The notes: generated from the sequence alone by a model not told the origin. 64,000 nt of DNA from Octopus bimaculoides (GCF_001194135.2 NC_069001.1:3448991-3512990), one strand, 5' to 3'. Positions 13,051 to 28,319 are shown, counted from the first letter of the stretch. Program-made: numbers and translations.

Positions 13051-15984
13051 ACACACATATATAGATATCTGCACACATGCATGTATATACTACATACATG
13101 TATATGCATATATATATATGCATGCATATACTCATGCATACACATACATATATGTTTTATAGGACAATTTATGAACAATACCATTGTTGTTTACAGGTTT
13201 CCCATGAACCAATTATTGGTTCACTACATTTCTGATGATAAGAATGACAAGGGAGTGTCTAACTTGATTCAAGAAACTTCATTAGTAAAGCACTGGCTTT
13301 CCGGGTTTTCTTTCCAATGCTTGTATCTTAATGGTAAATCAGCTAGTTGGCTGATTTAACATAACCAGTCTGCATAAGCCAGAGCCCCTCCTTTCCAGTG
13401 TTGGCATTTGAAAAATAACTGATTAGTTATTTTGATCAGTACAGACAAAGCTAGCTTGCTTTCCATCTTCTTAATAATGGATTTTTAAATCCAAAACAAG
13501 GTAAAAAAAAAAAAAAAAGTCAGTGTTCTTGTTTTGCTCTCTGTTAACTCATTCTTCCCAAACTTGCATTGCAGTGGCTTTCTGGAAAAACACACACACA
13601 CTTAGATAAAAGGCTTCTACTTAGTGTCCATCTACTAGATGCCACCGATAAGGTATTGGTCAACCCAAGATTATATTAGTAGAGACTTGCCCAAAGTACT
13701 CTGCAGTCAGATCAAACTCAAAACCATGTGTTTGTAAAGTAAATACCTTAACCATACAGCATACTTGCACTCATAACTGCTAGGTCATTTTGCCAGTGTA
13801 AATCATCTCACTGTTATTAATTATACCAGTGAACAGGGAGAACACAGACATGGCAAATATGAAAATCAAATCCCTATGGAGAGAAAGCTTTACACCTGTC
13901 AACAGTATATGCATGCAGACACACACACATACACACACACACATGAAACTATAAAATGTTACTCACATACTCAACTGTGAATCTACTGCATCTTAAAGCA
14001 GAAACTGCTGTAAGCTAATGAAGCTCATAAAATAATCATTCATTCCTTTGTCATCTTTTTCTTATTACCACTCTGTACTTGACTAATGCTTCATTTTGAA
14101 CCATGTCTACACTGAGTTATACACTAGGTCATTAGTCTCAGAATGAATGAATGAATGCATGCATGCAACTGTGGCTATATGGTCAAGAAGCTTTCTTCCA
14201 ACTATGCAGTTTTGGGTCAGTTCCATTGCACAACCTCAGGCAAGTGTCAGGCTGACCTAAGCCCTGAAAATTGATTTTGTAGGCAGATGTTCTTCCTGTA
14301 TTCAACCCTTTTAGTTAATTCTTATGACATGCAATAATGATGATGGTGATGATGATGATGATGATGATGATAATGGCCATCAGGGCCCATACATACAATA
14401 CAAAATGCACCATACAAAAGAGTTGCAAAACCAAGGAATAGACATATGTATAATAAATTGTAGGGTGGGGAGATAACACAATATGTTATGCAAAGTTAAA
14501 AATTTGACACACAAAACAAATACAAAAGTAAGAAGTTAACACCTAAATAGTGTAATGGCATCCTATGGCTAATTACCTCCCATTCTGATCACTTTCAATA
14601 AAGTGGGTGCCTCAAAATTACTCTTGAGCGTTTTTGGCTAGAGTTGAACTGAAGAGCCCCACATCCGCAAGGCTGTAATCTTTCAACTGTTGATAGACCA
14701 CTCACTTGGTCTTCAACAACTATTTATTATCTTGTAATCATCTCCATTTCCTCATCAATCAAAATGGTTTTTAATTGGTTTTCTTTTACAGACAGTATCA
14801 AAATCAAATAATAGGGGTACTTAAAAGTAAGGCTTCATGTGAGAGTGGGTACTCCTTCATGAATGAACATCCATCCTTTTGCTTGCCCCTAGTCATGGAT
14901 CACATTCTCTTTTTCTTACTGCCTCCAACAACTTCCCACCCTTTTGCTTTTTTGTTGCATCTACCTCCCCATCATTCCAAGATGATATTACTGCTGCACA
15001 CAGCCTCTGGTCAGTCCTGTGCTGGAGGGGAGACCTTGGCTTCTCAGTTGTCAGCCTTTGTACGTGTAGCACTGAGGATGAGGCAATTTCATTTCATTCC
15101 ATTCTGGCTATACTTAGAGCTATGACTGGAAACAATGGTAACAATAGTCATATTTTTCACCTCAAAGCCTACTGTTATTGATGCTACATGAAATGCTCTC
15201 ATTTTTGCTCCTTTTGTATCCCACATGTAGCAACTGAACCTTCTGCCCTGCACCTCCAATCTGATTTACCTTTGCTCCACTCACTAAAAGGGATACAGTT
15301 CTGGGATAGCTTTCTGATTTATTTGGCTCATTAGTTACAATCATTCCAGTGTTTATCATATATACATACTATTGTGCAAAAGTCACAAGGAAGCCATGGT
15401 TCAATGTCAGTGCCAATATCCCTGGCTCTTCATATTTTGGATCCCCATATTCTGAGATCCATGCACTATACAAGTAACTCCTTTTGATTCACATTTGCAA
15501 AAGATAGAATATTGTTATTGTTGTTATCAACACTGCTTATCCCTTACCTACTCAATGTTACCAACACTATTTTTCTTGTGTCTTCTATTGAACAACTGCA
15601 AGTGTTTAGATTGAAGTTCCATGTCCTTTGAGATTTTCATAATTGCTTTTGAAATGCTTTTTTTATATTTTTTTCAATTAAAAATAATTTGAGGATATGC
15701 TTGCTTATATTATTAAGGTTGTTGCTGCCACCACTGTGGTGAGAACCTCTTGCTCTTTAACTTGAGGTGCATCTTGCAATGTATGTAAATACTGCAAAAG
15801 GCCATTTGCCAAAATTATAAAAAAGTTAAAAACATCAAAGACAAAACCCTCCTCCATACCAAACAACTTGAAAGCACTTGGCTAGCAAAAGTGGAACAAA
15901 AAAATCCTTTTTCATAAGGTAATCTGGTCAAAAGTTACACTTTTGTGGAGCTCCAACACAGATGTCTGCTCCCCTCAACATAGT

Positions 15985-15991
15985 GATAATA

Positions 15992-16050
<59 letters not shown>
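15985..16050. repeat. (AAT)n microsatellite; another lies at ~16490-16556
   Basis: Directly visible. These produce the spurious poly-Asn and poly-Ile ORFs. Confidence 0.95.
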
Positions 16051-16052
<2 letters not shown>

Positions 16053-16488
16053 TTTTTCTAGCACTGAACTGAAAATCCAGGTCGGAACATGCATGTACTA
16101 TTTCTTGGAATCAGCTTTGGTCAGCAGACCAACAACAAAAAGGATGATAATAAAGGCAACTTGAAAATCAGAATAATCAAGACTAAAAACTGATCAAAGA
16201 TTAAAGGTCAAGCAGAAATAAAGAAAATATTGAGTTGCAGCAAAAAAAAAAAAAAAAAATCAATTGATAATTTTTTTTGATAACGTTTTCTTTTGGGAAA
16301 ATGGGATGGGAGAGAGACTGACGGCAGGATTAATATTTTATTGAAATTCTTTTTTTGTTGAAAAACATAATACAACAGGTTAAAAACAGTTAGAAAGATG
16401 GTTTTAGTACTTAGCTAATACTGACTGATGAACTTATTTGTTTCTAAATCATGCAGCAGCAGTAGCAGTAACAACAGCAGCAGTTGTA

Positions 16489-16543
<55 letters not shown>

Positions 16544-17869
16544 TAATAATAATAATAGTTGAAGGAGGCGCTATACAGATAAGGAGGAGGGTAGCAAGCA
16601 TCTACACCCACATAGAAAGAGATGTATTACGAGACCATTCTTTGTAGAATGCAGAAGGAACTTACCGGTTTTGTGCACACAGGTTTTCTTTCCATTTTAT
16701 TCTGTTAGTAGAGAGAATTGGAGTCACAAATCAGATGTCAGTAGTTGGTGCCTACTGAGAAGTCTAAGAGTCTAAGTATAGCTTCAACAAGGTAAAGAAG
16801 GAATTAATAGCTCATGGTAAAACATGATAGAGGAACCAAGTCATTTTAGAACTGTTAAGACGGTAGAAGTTAAGACTTCCTATTGAAATAGAAGCCAAGA
16901 CAGTACTGTTACAAGTTGCTCAGACAAGACAATCAGTGAGAGCAATTTGAACAAGAGTACGATATTTCAAATAAAAGAAGAGAAAATAAATAAAAAGAAG
17001 AAAAGAATGAGACAATCATGTAATCCCTTGCAATGTAAACAGTCTTTAAAAAGAAAAAAAGGATTTGGAAATTCTTATATTCCAGGTAAGTGCAGTGGAT
17101 ATAGAGGTGCAGAAGTTGTCACAACAATATACAAGTAGAACAAATCAAAGCATTTTAACAGATTGACTTCTCACAGGATAAGAGATGGAAAATTATGACA
17201 ACCACATAGCTTACATGCAGGTTTCATGATCTAATTTAATGCTGAGCAGAGAGAAAAAGAAAGTTTCTTTTGTTTGTTTGTTAAAATTTAATTAAAACAG
17301 AAGTTTTAAAGTCTCATATAAAATTATACATTTGAAAGAATGTAATCTGAAACTACATGAAAGAAGAGATTAGTTATGATTATTAAAAATAAGCTCTGTT
17401 GAAATATGGAAGTAATAGGATTCTAGGCAATAACATAATTGATGTGTAGCAATTGTTGTGGTAAGCAAAATGGTTGTTATTGACTGTTACCATTATTTAT
17501 ATTACAACCACTGACTCTGGCCTCAATGCAAGGCATAAAACTGTGTGGTTGTCTCAGTTTGTCCAAGCTGACAACAGTCTCCATTTTTTTCTTTATGGTT
17601 GAAAAATAAAGTAAGTGGTAGGAAAGGCATATCCAACTGTAAAACCAACAATCCTACACATACGTGAATGGGACATTAAATGAGAGAAAGAGAGAGAAGA
17701 GGGCAGACAGGCAATGAACAAGTGACTGAATTTCCTAGCATTATGAAGCCACAGTCACCTCACCTCTTCAGTAACAAAAAAAAAAAAATGTTTGTTGGTT
17801 TCATCTCAGTTCTATATCTCATAGTTCAAATACATTCATGGATATAGACATTGTTCCTTATTTTTATAA

Positions 17870-17990
17870 TCGTTGTGTCTGAGGAAGAAATATATTGTGC
17901 GTAGACCCAGAGGCTCGGGTGGGAAGAGGAGCATAAGAAAACTTTCATTAATAGAAGTGGAAGACAGGCTGGAGTAATAAGTTATATGCA
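17870..17990 (+). mobile_element. Possible fragment of a non-LTR retrotransposon (post-RT 'YxPRxxGGRG' motif)
   Basis: tgtgcgtagacccagaggctcgggtgggaagaggagcataag reads approximately VRRPRGSGGKRSI, similar to the LYxPRxxGGRGL motif. It is heavily degraded. Confidence 0.3.
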
Positions 17991-20170
17991 AAAGACAGAC
18001 TAACTAGTTTAAAGGATTTCATTCATGAGTATAGAGAATTGTGTCATCTGAACATGAATAAATGGTGTCAGAGGTGATAAATGTTGAGGAGACAACAGTT
18101 CCTTAGATGATGGAGACAAAACCAATATAGTACAGATAATGAAGTTTTTTTTTTTAAAACAAGTTATTAGTTTTTTGTGTAATCAACAGAAAGAAGATTT
18201 TTCAAAGGTTTTTCTCATACATTTTGTGCAACAGCTTTAGTTTATTCTCTCTAGAGAAGAGTTTGGAATGTCAAATTCAATTACTGTGAGAAGTAGAAAG
18301 TCTAATGTCTTGGCTCTTGCTTTCCAACATAGTAATTGGATTTAGCTAGCCTTCCATAAACTCTCCCTTTGATTTATCACTGCTGACACACACTCCGATC
18401 AATTTTATTTGGTTCTGGACTTCACCCTATTCTCTCTATAGTTACAGATTATTTCTGTAAAGATGACCAATGGATCTGGCTTAGTTGTCCACAATATTAT
18501 CATCTCTTGTGATAATAGCAGTATGGTAGTTTTCAACTGATCTTATGCATAGATGGGATTTACTTCATTGCTTGTGATGTTGCCTCTGCACAATAAAGGA
18601 AAAATCTACATGATCACCTGACTTGCTAAAATTAGCTGCTAAATTTCCTTCAAATGACAACCTACTATTTTAAAAATTAATAAAAGATGTGATGGTCACA
18701 ACTGGAACATCCTTAAAGTTGACCTGGAAATAAAGAACAAGTGTGGTAGTTGGAGAAGCTAAAAAAGTATTTTACAGAGAGATAAAGAATATTGCAACAT
18801 GATTCCAAGATTCTAAATAGCTACCTGCAAAAACACAGTTACTGTAAAACTTCATAGGAGAAGTCAATAACTACCCACAAAAATGCAGACATTGCAACAC
18901 TTCAGGACAGAAAGCAATTCTGAGGTAGATCATTTGACGGTAGCTGCTAGGATGTCACCTGATCTTTGCAGTTTAGGCGATCTCATAACCCTAATTACTT
19001 CAATCTAGCTCACAAAAATACCATGCCTGCCTTGCAGTTGAGAGATTGCCGTTAAGAAAATCAGTATATTATATGAATTCAAATATTCAAAATAACTAAA
19101 TTAACCATTCAGTGGATATTAAGGAGAGATGAAAACACAAAGTTATGCCTACATCTAAGAAGCTTGTTCACAAGCACGTTCCCAGGATTCAATGTCACTA
19201 CATGGCATGTTAAGAAAGTATTTCCTACTATTGTAGACTCAGGTTGATTAATGCTTCATGAGCAGGATTCTATAGATGGAAACAATCCAGAACCCTTGTG
19301 TGTGTGTGTGTGTGTCTGGGTAAAATGGTACATCATATTTTGTCACTTTGCATCAAAATGCAAGTTAGCCATTCAATAAAAAGAGATTGATAAAATAAGT
19401 ACCACAGTAACCAGAAGATAGAAATATTTTATCGATTAAAACCCTTGAAGTTGGTTTCCCTGCATGGACACAGTCCACTGAATGAAACCAGTAAAATATA
19501 TATATAGAAAAATAAAAATGCAAAGGCATTACAAAAAATATACAGTAATATTTTTATAAGATAGTACAATATTTTTATAACACGGTTCAATATTTTCATA
19601 GCACAACATACTGCAACATCTCAATATTTCATTTGTTGTATTCCCTAAAATGACCATCTCTGCTATCAAGAACTTTTAAGAGACTTTATTTCTCTATAAC
19701 AGTGTGTTAATGAAAGCCACATAGCTACTTTATCATTTCAGAAAGAAGATTTTTCAGTTGTAATGAAAATGCTTCCTTCTCATTCGCTCTTTCTATAGCA
19801 TATAACAGTTAGGTGATATTGTAAGCAATAACACTAAAGAATTCCATCATTAGACCAAACCGAATGTTGAAACTGTTACTTTGCATGAGACAGCCTACTT
19901 ATGGTTGGTAGAGGGTGTCTTCTTAAAATAAGAATCAGAAGGAATGTATGTAGGGGGAGGGGCAGGGATACAAATGTAGTTTCAGATACACAGTTCTTCT
20001 AAAGTGACATAAAATTCAAGTTCAACTGAATAGAATTTTTCAAGATTCTCTCTCTCTCTCTCTGTTAGTTCCCTTCTCTTTATCCCAGTCTACTCTAGCT
20101 CATCTCCCCAATCTCATTCCTGTCCTTTCTCTTGGCATCTCCCCCCCCACACACACACACACTCACTCAC

Positions 20171-20223
<53 letters not shown>

Positions 20224-20985
20224 CTGTTTATTCCAAATTCCTTTCCATTACCATTCAGATATATTCAGTTTGTCTTTGTCAAGGACATCAATTACATAGG
20301 TCAATCATCATCAACAGCAGCTTACACTTGTTTTAAACACAATTACAGATGCACCACCATTTTGTGAATTACAGAATTTATGTAGCATTGTTCCATCATT
20401 GTGTCTTTCAAAGTCAACAATGTCTGGGGTCGCTGTTCCTCACAAAATTACTGTGGGTCATATGAGTTTACAATTTTCCTTAAAATGCAAGCAATATGAA
20501 AAATATTTTGGGGGAAATTATGATGTGTTACATTGATTTCAGAGGAAGTATGGTAGCTAACACGAATACAGTTACCATGACAAAAAGAAAATGCCTGACA
20601 TTGCAGGCTAACACAGTTCACTGAGGAAAACAAAAGAACAGAGAACTTTCTCTTCTCTTCCTCAATAAAAGATCTAAACCTGAAACAGTGGACATTTTTT
20701 TTTTCCTTTCCTTGTGGCAACTACATTTATTGTAATTCCTACACTTCCTTTTGGATAATTTGTTACTGATGCAGGCCATCAGGGTTTTCTTCTGATTTTA
20801 GACTTCACATTGATTTGACCTAATAGAAGTTATATATTTACCTTGTTGGTTAATTGGTTCAGAAGAACTACTGATTACATGATGGCAAGTTGAAATCATA
20901 CAACAGCTGTTTTTTTTTTTTGTTAGCTTTGTTTTGCATTTGGTTGAAAGCTTTGCCTACTTTGAAGTGTCAAGCTGACATCATA

Positions 20986-21476
20986 TTCCCTCCCTTACTT
21001 CATTGTTCAGCTTTTAGTAATGGGAAGGACAGCGTAAACAACATATTCCACCCTTACTTCACAGTTGAGTTGTGATCAGTGCAAAAGACAGTATAAATGT
21101 CACATTTCACTCCTTACTTCAGAGTTAGCAGAGGAAAAGACAATATGAACAACATAGTCCACCTGCTACTTCACAGTTCAATAGTTAATAATGGGAAAGA
21201 AAATATAAACTGTTTCACAAAATGTAAACAGCAGATTCCACCCCTACTTCACATTTGGGCTGTTAGTAGTGCAAGGGACAGTATAAACAGCAGATTCCAC
21301 CTCTTACTTCACAGTTGACTTGTTAGCAGTGGAAAGGACAGTATAAACAGCAGGTTCCACCCCTACTTCAAGTTGGGTTGTTTGCAGTGGGAAAGTTAGT
21401 ATCAACAGCAGATTCCACATTCTACTTCACAGTTGAGTAGATAACAGTAGGAAAAACTGTATAAACAATTAGTCCA
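20986..21476. repeat. Minisatellite, ~8 copies of a ~59-60-bp unit
   Basis: Consensus is approximately ttccacccctacttcacagttgagttgttagcagtgggaaaggacagtataaacagcaga. Confidence 0.85.
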
Positions 21477-24400
21477 ACTAGAAGCCATACACCCATCCCT
21501 ACCCACTCGCAATAACATAGTAAAATAGGTGTAAAACAGTTAGGAATAAAATATTCAACAGAATAAGAATCAGACACTAACAAAGTGACAAAGCTCTTTT
21601 GTTGGAAGTTGGACAGTAATGGGGGGGGGGGAGCATATGCATGAGTTTATATACAACCTCGTGTATGATTGCTTATACGTGAGCTTCATGTGTTTGTATG
21701 TGTGGATGTTTTTGTGTGTTCATATTTGCATGTGTTTACATTCATATATGTATATATGCATGTATGTGTGTTCTGTCTCCACAAACATTTGTAAGTTCAT
21801 ATGTGTACTTTTTTATTTTTTAATCTAAAAAGAGAAATGAAGGAGAGAGGGGGGAGAGCAGGAAGAGTGGTGAGAGAGAGACAGCAGTACTCAAGCACAT
21901 TGAGTTCTATGCGTGAATTCTGTATGTGTGTGAGTGTTTTCTTGAGGACTCTCATAGAATATGTCAAGAATATATTTAAACAACAGATAATTCAAGAGAA
22001 AATGGGCTCAGATTACCAGCTCAGTGATTGGAAACAGGAACCTTGGAGTATTGGAAATTATGAACCATAAAGTTATAATGTAGTTATAATGTATTAAGGA
22101 ATTATCTACATTTATATATTTGTGTTCTGTAATTTTGGTGCATTTTGGTTAATCAACAGAAATTAATAAAAAGATGTAGAAAGATATACTAAATACAATA
22201 CAAAATTTATTGAAATTATTTTCACTTCAAGAGAAGGAAAACAATCACCTTGGTGGTTTGAAGAAAGGCAGCATCTGCGATAAATTCTGAATAAGAAAAG
22301 ATAATCTCAAGGATTCAACATTTCTTTTGAATTGACATGCCATTAAGAAATAATGTGTGTNNNNNNNNNNGGGGGGAGTATAAGTATGTATGTATGTATA
22401 CACAAATAGAGAATATTTGAAATGTTTTACATATCTTCCTCATTTCAATCATTGATTAGATGTATGGAATGTAAAGCTTACTCCATAAACTATGGAGTAT
22501 GAATGCCTGGGACATGTACCAATAATTGAGGGTATTAGCAAGAACTTTTCTTCAGAGTGAATTGTGTAATATATTAGTGATTACGAGTATAAATGAAGGT
22601 CTATAATCATGAAATATTGACCAATAAACTGTTGAGTATAGCCATGAGAATGTGTGTGTGTGTGTTTATTAACTGAAGATTACTGTATCACACTAAAACT
22701 TGGGATTTTGCCACTCCATGGTACAATGAGTAATGTCACAAAGTAGTGAAACTGAGGTACAATTTGATACTCTAATCTTTGTCTTATGATAAACAAAGAC
22801 ATACTGCATTCAGCAAATAAGCAATCGAGTCCTCTTTTGATCTGTGAATGCTTAAATTTGTGTCTATACATATATACACATATGAATGCATGCACAGACA
22901 CACATACATATATGCATACACACATATTCTTATCACTTAATCAGAGGAGGAAGAGATGTGCCCTTGACATTTTTTAGGGCTTCCATGAAAGATAGGGAGA
23001 AGAAAGTTATCTTCAGACCAGAAACCTGGTCTCAATGCTTGCAGCAAAAAGGATTCGGTTAAAGAAACTCAAGGGCCATGGGCCATATGACAATGTTAAA
23101 CCAGGCAACAGATTAATGTATGTGCCTTGTATGTGTGTGTACACTGAATAAGCTGTTAAAGATAAATCTTGAAACCCTCCTAAATCAATATAATATATAT
23201 CTACACACACTCACACACATACACACACATATATATATTTGTACTTGTCTGCACATTTACATATACAAAGAGCTTTGAACTTATCTTCATACATAAATTA
23301 AGCTTCAGAGAAATGTGCACAAAACATTATTCATGTGAACACTTGCAAACAGGCTTTCTTTATACAAAGGCCATGGGAGAAGGTAAGGTGATATGAGATA
23401 TGGATAATCCAGTAGAAAGGGTGATGGGCTGCTGATGGCATATTGTTCAAACCTCGCTGTGACTATTTGTCTGTGCAAGACATATTGTAGTACTGGACTA
23501 AACTGACCTTGCTGAAAATAGACATTATTCTTGCTTCATATATGTGAAAACCTCACTCAGCTGTAGAAATAATTGCTGAAAGAACCTACATAACAGCAAA
23601 ATTTGCACCACCATCCAACCAATTTTTAGCAAAGGAGAATATGGAATGCTATTAAAATATATTTGCATGTATGAGGGTATATATAGGCACACACACCTTA
23701 TCTTTGAATGCCTTTAACAGAGTTTCATGCTTTTATAAGCATTTGAACTGGATCACTGGTTTTCTATCCAATGTGTTTTTGCTTGTGGCCTTCCCCTTGC
23801 ACTTTGGATAGCTTATAACACACATATGCATGCGTGCGCGTGCACACACACACACGAGTACGAGTACATATATATATGTAGCTAAATAAACTTATGTGAA
23901 GAGAAAAACATGAAAGTTTCATGTGAGAACTGAATGTAAATCTTTCATTAGATAGCCAAATACATTAGTTTTGTTATCTACAACCTCTTATAGTATCATT
24001 TTTTGTATATTCCTGTTCATTTGTGTATATTGTCATTAACAGTTATAGTATGTACAATAATTTTTTTCCCCATTGCAATTCTGACCCACTTGTCTCTCCA
24101 CTTTTCATCACCTTTGATGTGTCCAATTCTCTAGGCATCACACTAACAACTCTTCTCAGTCTTCCCTCCCTAGAACATCAACCTTCTGGAAACTCCTCCC
24201 TGCTCATGTCTTTTCTGTAGGTATATACTTTCAACAGTTTAACTAGAATAGTAAAGGCATCCGTCTCACTGGTCTTAGAAGGGGCCTGCAATGGTCATAA
24301 TCACTGCCCCTTCTTCCACATCCAGCAAGTAAAAAAAGCCTATCAGATAGATTGTACTAGTAATTCAAAGGTGCAGCCTTGTCACAGATTGTGTCATGCT

Positions 24401-27400
24401 GAGAATTACATGTATCTGAGGAGTGCTCTGCCACTTATACTCTAATTCAACAAGATAGTAATTCAATTGACTTTATCACACACTCTTAAAAAGGACTGCA
24501 ATAACTTCCACCATAGATCTGCTTGACAGGACTGACCTGTGGCTAAACAACAACAACATTAACATCTCCAACTTTAATCCATTTTTGTCATTACAACTAA
24601 ATCCATCCTGAAGTACTACCTTCTCTAACTATGAAGAATATTTTAACAAAGGCACTGCAGATATTTGTTTTGTTTTGCTTGTTTGTTTTTTTTCTTTGCT
24701 GTACACTATTCATTTTTAATTTCTTTTTCAAGAAGTAAACAGCATAATCATTCTACTGAAACTTTCAACTAATTTTTCATGCAATGCTTCTATTTCTCTG
24801 GCAAAGATCTATCATAAACATTTCTTTATCCTCCCACCCACTATTGCTAAATACAAATTTAATCCCAGACAATATGCAGATTACTACAAGTTTTAAGTGA
24901 GATTTGTTGGGGAAAGCTGGTCAATTATTTTACATATATTCTCAGGAAAGTAAAAGTTATTACCCTTGGCTCCTCAAACATAGATTCATATGTAATGCAC
25001 ACAAACACAACTATAATCAACCACATTCACAACACACAAAGTATGTAACACATGAAGTCCATAACACATCTCTCAAACACACAATATGTAACCCTGATAC
25101 ACTCAAATACATACAAAGTCTAAAATACACAGAATCTATTATACATACATACACAAACACATTCAATTAAAAAGTCAGAAGCAATTTCTATCAGGTGTTT
25201 TTATCTCAATAGGAATAGAAAAAAGTCAAATTTAACAAAGGACAAGAAAGACTTTAATGTATATCTTTATCCCAGTTAGAACAGATCCTTTCACCTCCAC
25301 ATTACTATTAAGACTTCAGTGATTGCTACACTCTAAATTTCACACAAGTAATGCATGGTTCTCTCTACTGACAAATTATGTGTGTGTCCGCATCAAAATG
25401 AGTTAACTACACAAATAGCATCACGGTTTTTGTAGTAGTCAGTTCATACAACAACTTATTTTAATATTCAGAATCAATAACCATAAAATCCACTGTTCCA
25501 ACCAACGTTTCACAGAAATATTCTCACATAAAGTATGATAATCTTTTAGTTGAAATCCATTGCATTAAATACAAGACATTGTCACTGAAATTCCAAATGT
25601 TATTTCCATCCTAATACAAGAGCTCCTCACTATTCTTAGCTTTTTTTATGTCTGTCTTCCTATGCTGGCTGATATAGGTTAGATAAATCTGTATTACAGT
25701 ATCTTTCCAGTATTTTTTAATCTTGTGTGTGTGTTGGGGGGGGGGGGGCATTAAACTTTTTCATCGATATATCATCTGGAAACAGCTTTTGCAGCATGAA
25801 ACTTGAAGTAATAGTACAGTGGTTAACCACAAAGACATAATAGTGTAGTACTTGTACAAAAGTAACATGGTTTATTTATTTCTCTGTCTCTCCTGACTCC
25901 ACATATCTATTTATCTGTCAAATCTCTCTCTCTCTTTATAATATTTTCTCGTCTTTACCACTCACAGCATAGACATGCTTTCTCCCACCATACTAAATGT
26001 TTTATTATATCATTTCTCTAATCCCCACTTTTCTGTTGTTGAACTTCCTTTCCCCAGCCCTTCTCTCTTAATTGTAGCATACTCTTTACATTTCAGTGTC
26101 AGCTCACTTGAGTACCTGTCTCACTTTCCAGTTGATTGCTAGCATATTTTATCATTTTATCTAAAAATGTCCAAGATATTACAAATGTCATAATAATTAT
26201 AATTCTTGTATAATTTTATTCGCATTTTGGATGTATTATAGGAATGTAAATAAAACTTTATTTCATCAACCCTGGGTGAAAGGATGAAAGACAAAGTTGA
26301 CCTCAGTAGTATTTGAACTCAGAACATAAAATACCAAAACTAAATACTGCAAGGCATTTTGTCCAATATTCTAATGAATCTACCTATCTACTACCCATAA
26401 ATGGAGACAAATGCTTTAGTCTAATATTTAAGTACCTTGAAATGACAACACTTTTGTTTCATAGCACAACAGGCAAGTGGTTAAATCAGTAGACTAGTAG
26501 TTAGTAGCATCAAGTTTAAACCCTGGCATAGCTCAAGAATAATCCCCTGGAGACAACTGGTGATAATACTAATCAAAACATTGCTACAAAATATGATAAA
26601 CGTCTATATTTACAAATTTAAATACCAAAGACAATGGAAATAGGACTATATTGACACAATCCTGAGAAATGGTGACTCAGGAAGGTAGACTCAGCAACGA
26701 ATAAATAACATTATTTAGACAATCCTCCAAAAAAGTTCAATAAAATTGGGGAAATTTATTAATACTTTTCCAAAGAATTCTCAGAAACATATTTTTTCAT
26801 TACTAGGTAAAATTGTTCTATAAGCAGACTTCTGATAACAACCAGAACATAGGTGTTGTCACTACACAGTTGTTGACAGCAAGAGTTCCATAAAATGTCA
26901 GAGATTACTTTTGATACATGTCAGTAAAAATAAGATTCAGTAGTCAAAGATTTAGGTATGAAACTCAATCTCTATGTCTGTCTACTGCACCTTGTCTTAA
27001 TCTGCCATTCTGGCTTTCTTGGATTTTTAGCATTGAAATTGCTTTGTGGAAATCTTATTGTTATAATTATAGGATTTCATTTCTAGAGACTCTATAGAAC
27101 AGTTCTCTTAAATAAACAGACAATCATTAGAACAACATCCAAATGACAGATCAACGTCCATAAAAGTGATTCATTATTCAAACATTATACAAATGGACTT
27201 CAATGGTGACAAATCTTTCACACAGCCAAAGAAATGATGCAGAGAATTTGCTTGGAATCAATAACATTAGCAAGCAGACAGCACTAGCTAGAATTCCAGC
27301 AGGCAAGAGTTCTAAAAGGGAAAAGTTCTTCTCAGGTCTTTTACTCACTCTCATGCTTCAGGCTTTTATCATAATTTGATCATCTCATGGTTTTGTCATT

Positions 27401-27681
27401 TATCCACATATTCTAAATCAATCACAGTTAAGTTATTGGCAATAGAAAAAGAAAAAAAAAACCTAATACACTATTTAGCAGAACATCTCCCCTTGTTTGG
27501 AGCTGGAAATAATAACTTAATGAAAGATTCAGATTTCAGTGGAATATTTCTCATCTTGTATGTAATTACCATTGTGTGTATGTGTGTGTGTGTGTATTTT
27601 TTATAGAGCAAATTAATTTTAGGGTCCTCTTGATTAAGGTTTCTATTTGAAGTAAATAATTTAAATAAACATTGGATAATG

Positions 27682-27774
<93 letters not shown>

Positions 27775-27935
27775 CTTTCATTATACACATAGATGTATAT
27801 ATATATACGAAACTTATACACATACAACAGCTTGTAGATTTAAGGAAGATTATCTTTTTTGTAATGGATTATTGATTGAAGATACTGATTTCAAATAAAA
27901 GGTAGTGGTGGTGGTGGTGGTGGTAGCAGCAGCAA

Positions 27936-27967
<32 letters not shown>

Positions 27968-28319
27968 ACAATAACAAAACAAAAAAATCTAATAAGTAAA
28001 TGTTAATATAATCTTGAAGGAAGGTCATCAGAGAAATTACAAAGCAGAGATTGCTGTAAATCCATGTTTACTGCAGATGTTCTCTGGCATAACACGAAAT
28101 TTGTGTGTATGTTTGCATGTGTGCATATATGTGTATAACAGTAACATTGATGATGCATTATTAACATTTTTTCACTCTATTCATTGTTCACAGTCAGCAG
28201 ATTTTTAGACAAATATCAATTTGTTCTACTAATCATTGCTCTTTGTTATCCATAAATTCATACACACGCACAAACACATGCCACCAGCAAAACAGTTTAT
28301 ATACACACAAACACACATA

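Noticed and set aside
22249-22286. 38-nt AG..GT-bounded segment (EFIADAAFLQTTK in one frame)
   Set aside because: The length is not a multiple of 3, the donor gtgatt is weak, and the peptide does not match SCAI.
22465-22476. tggaatgtaaag, matching the 5' end of miR-1
   Set aside because: The match stops after 12 nt and there is no precursor hairpin.
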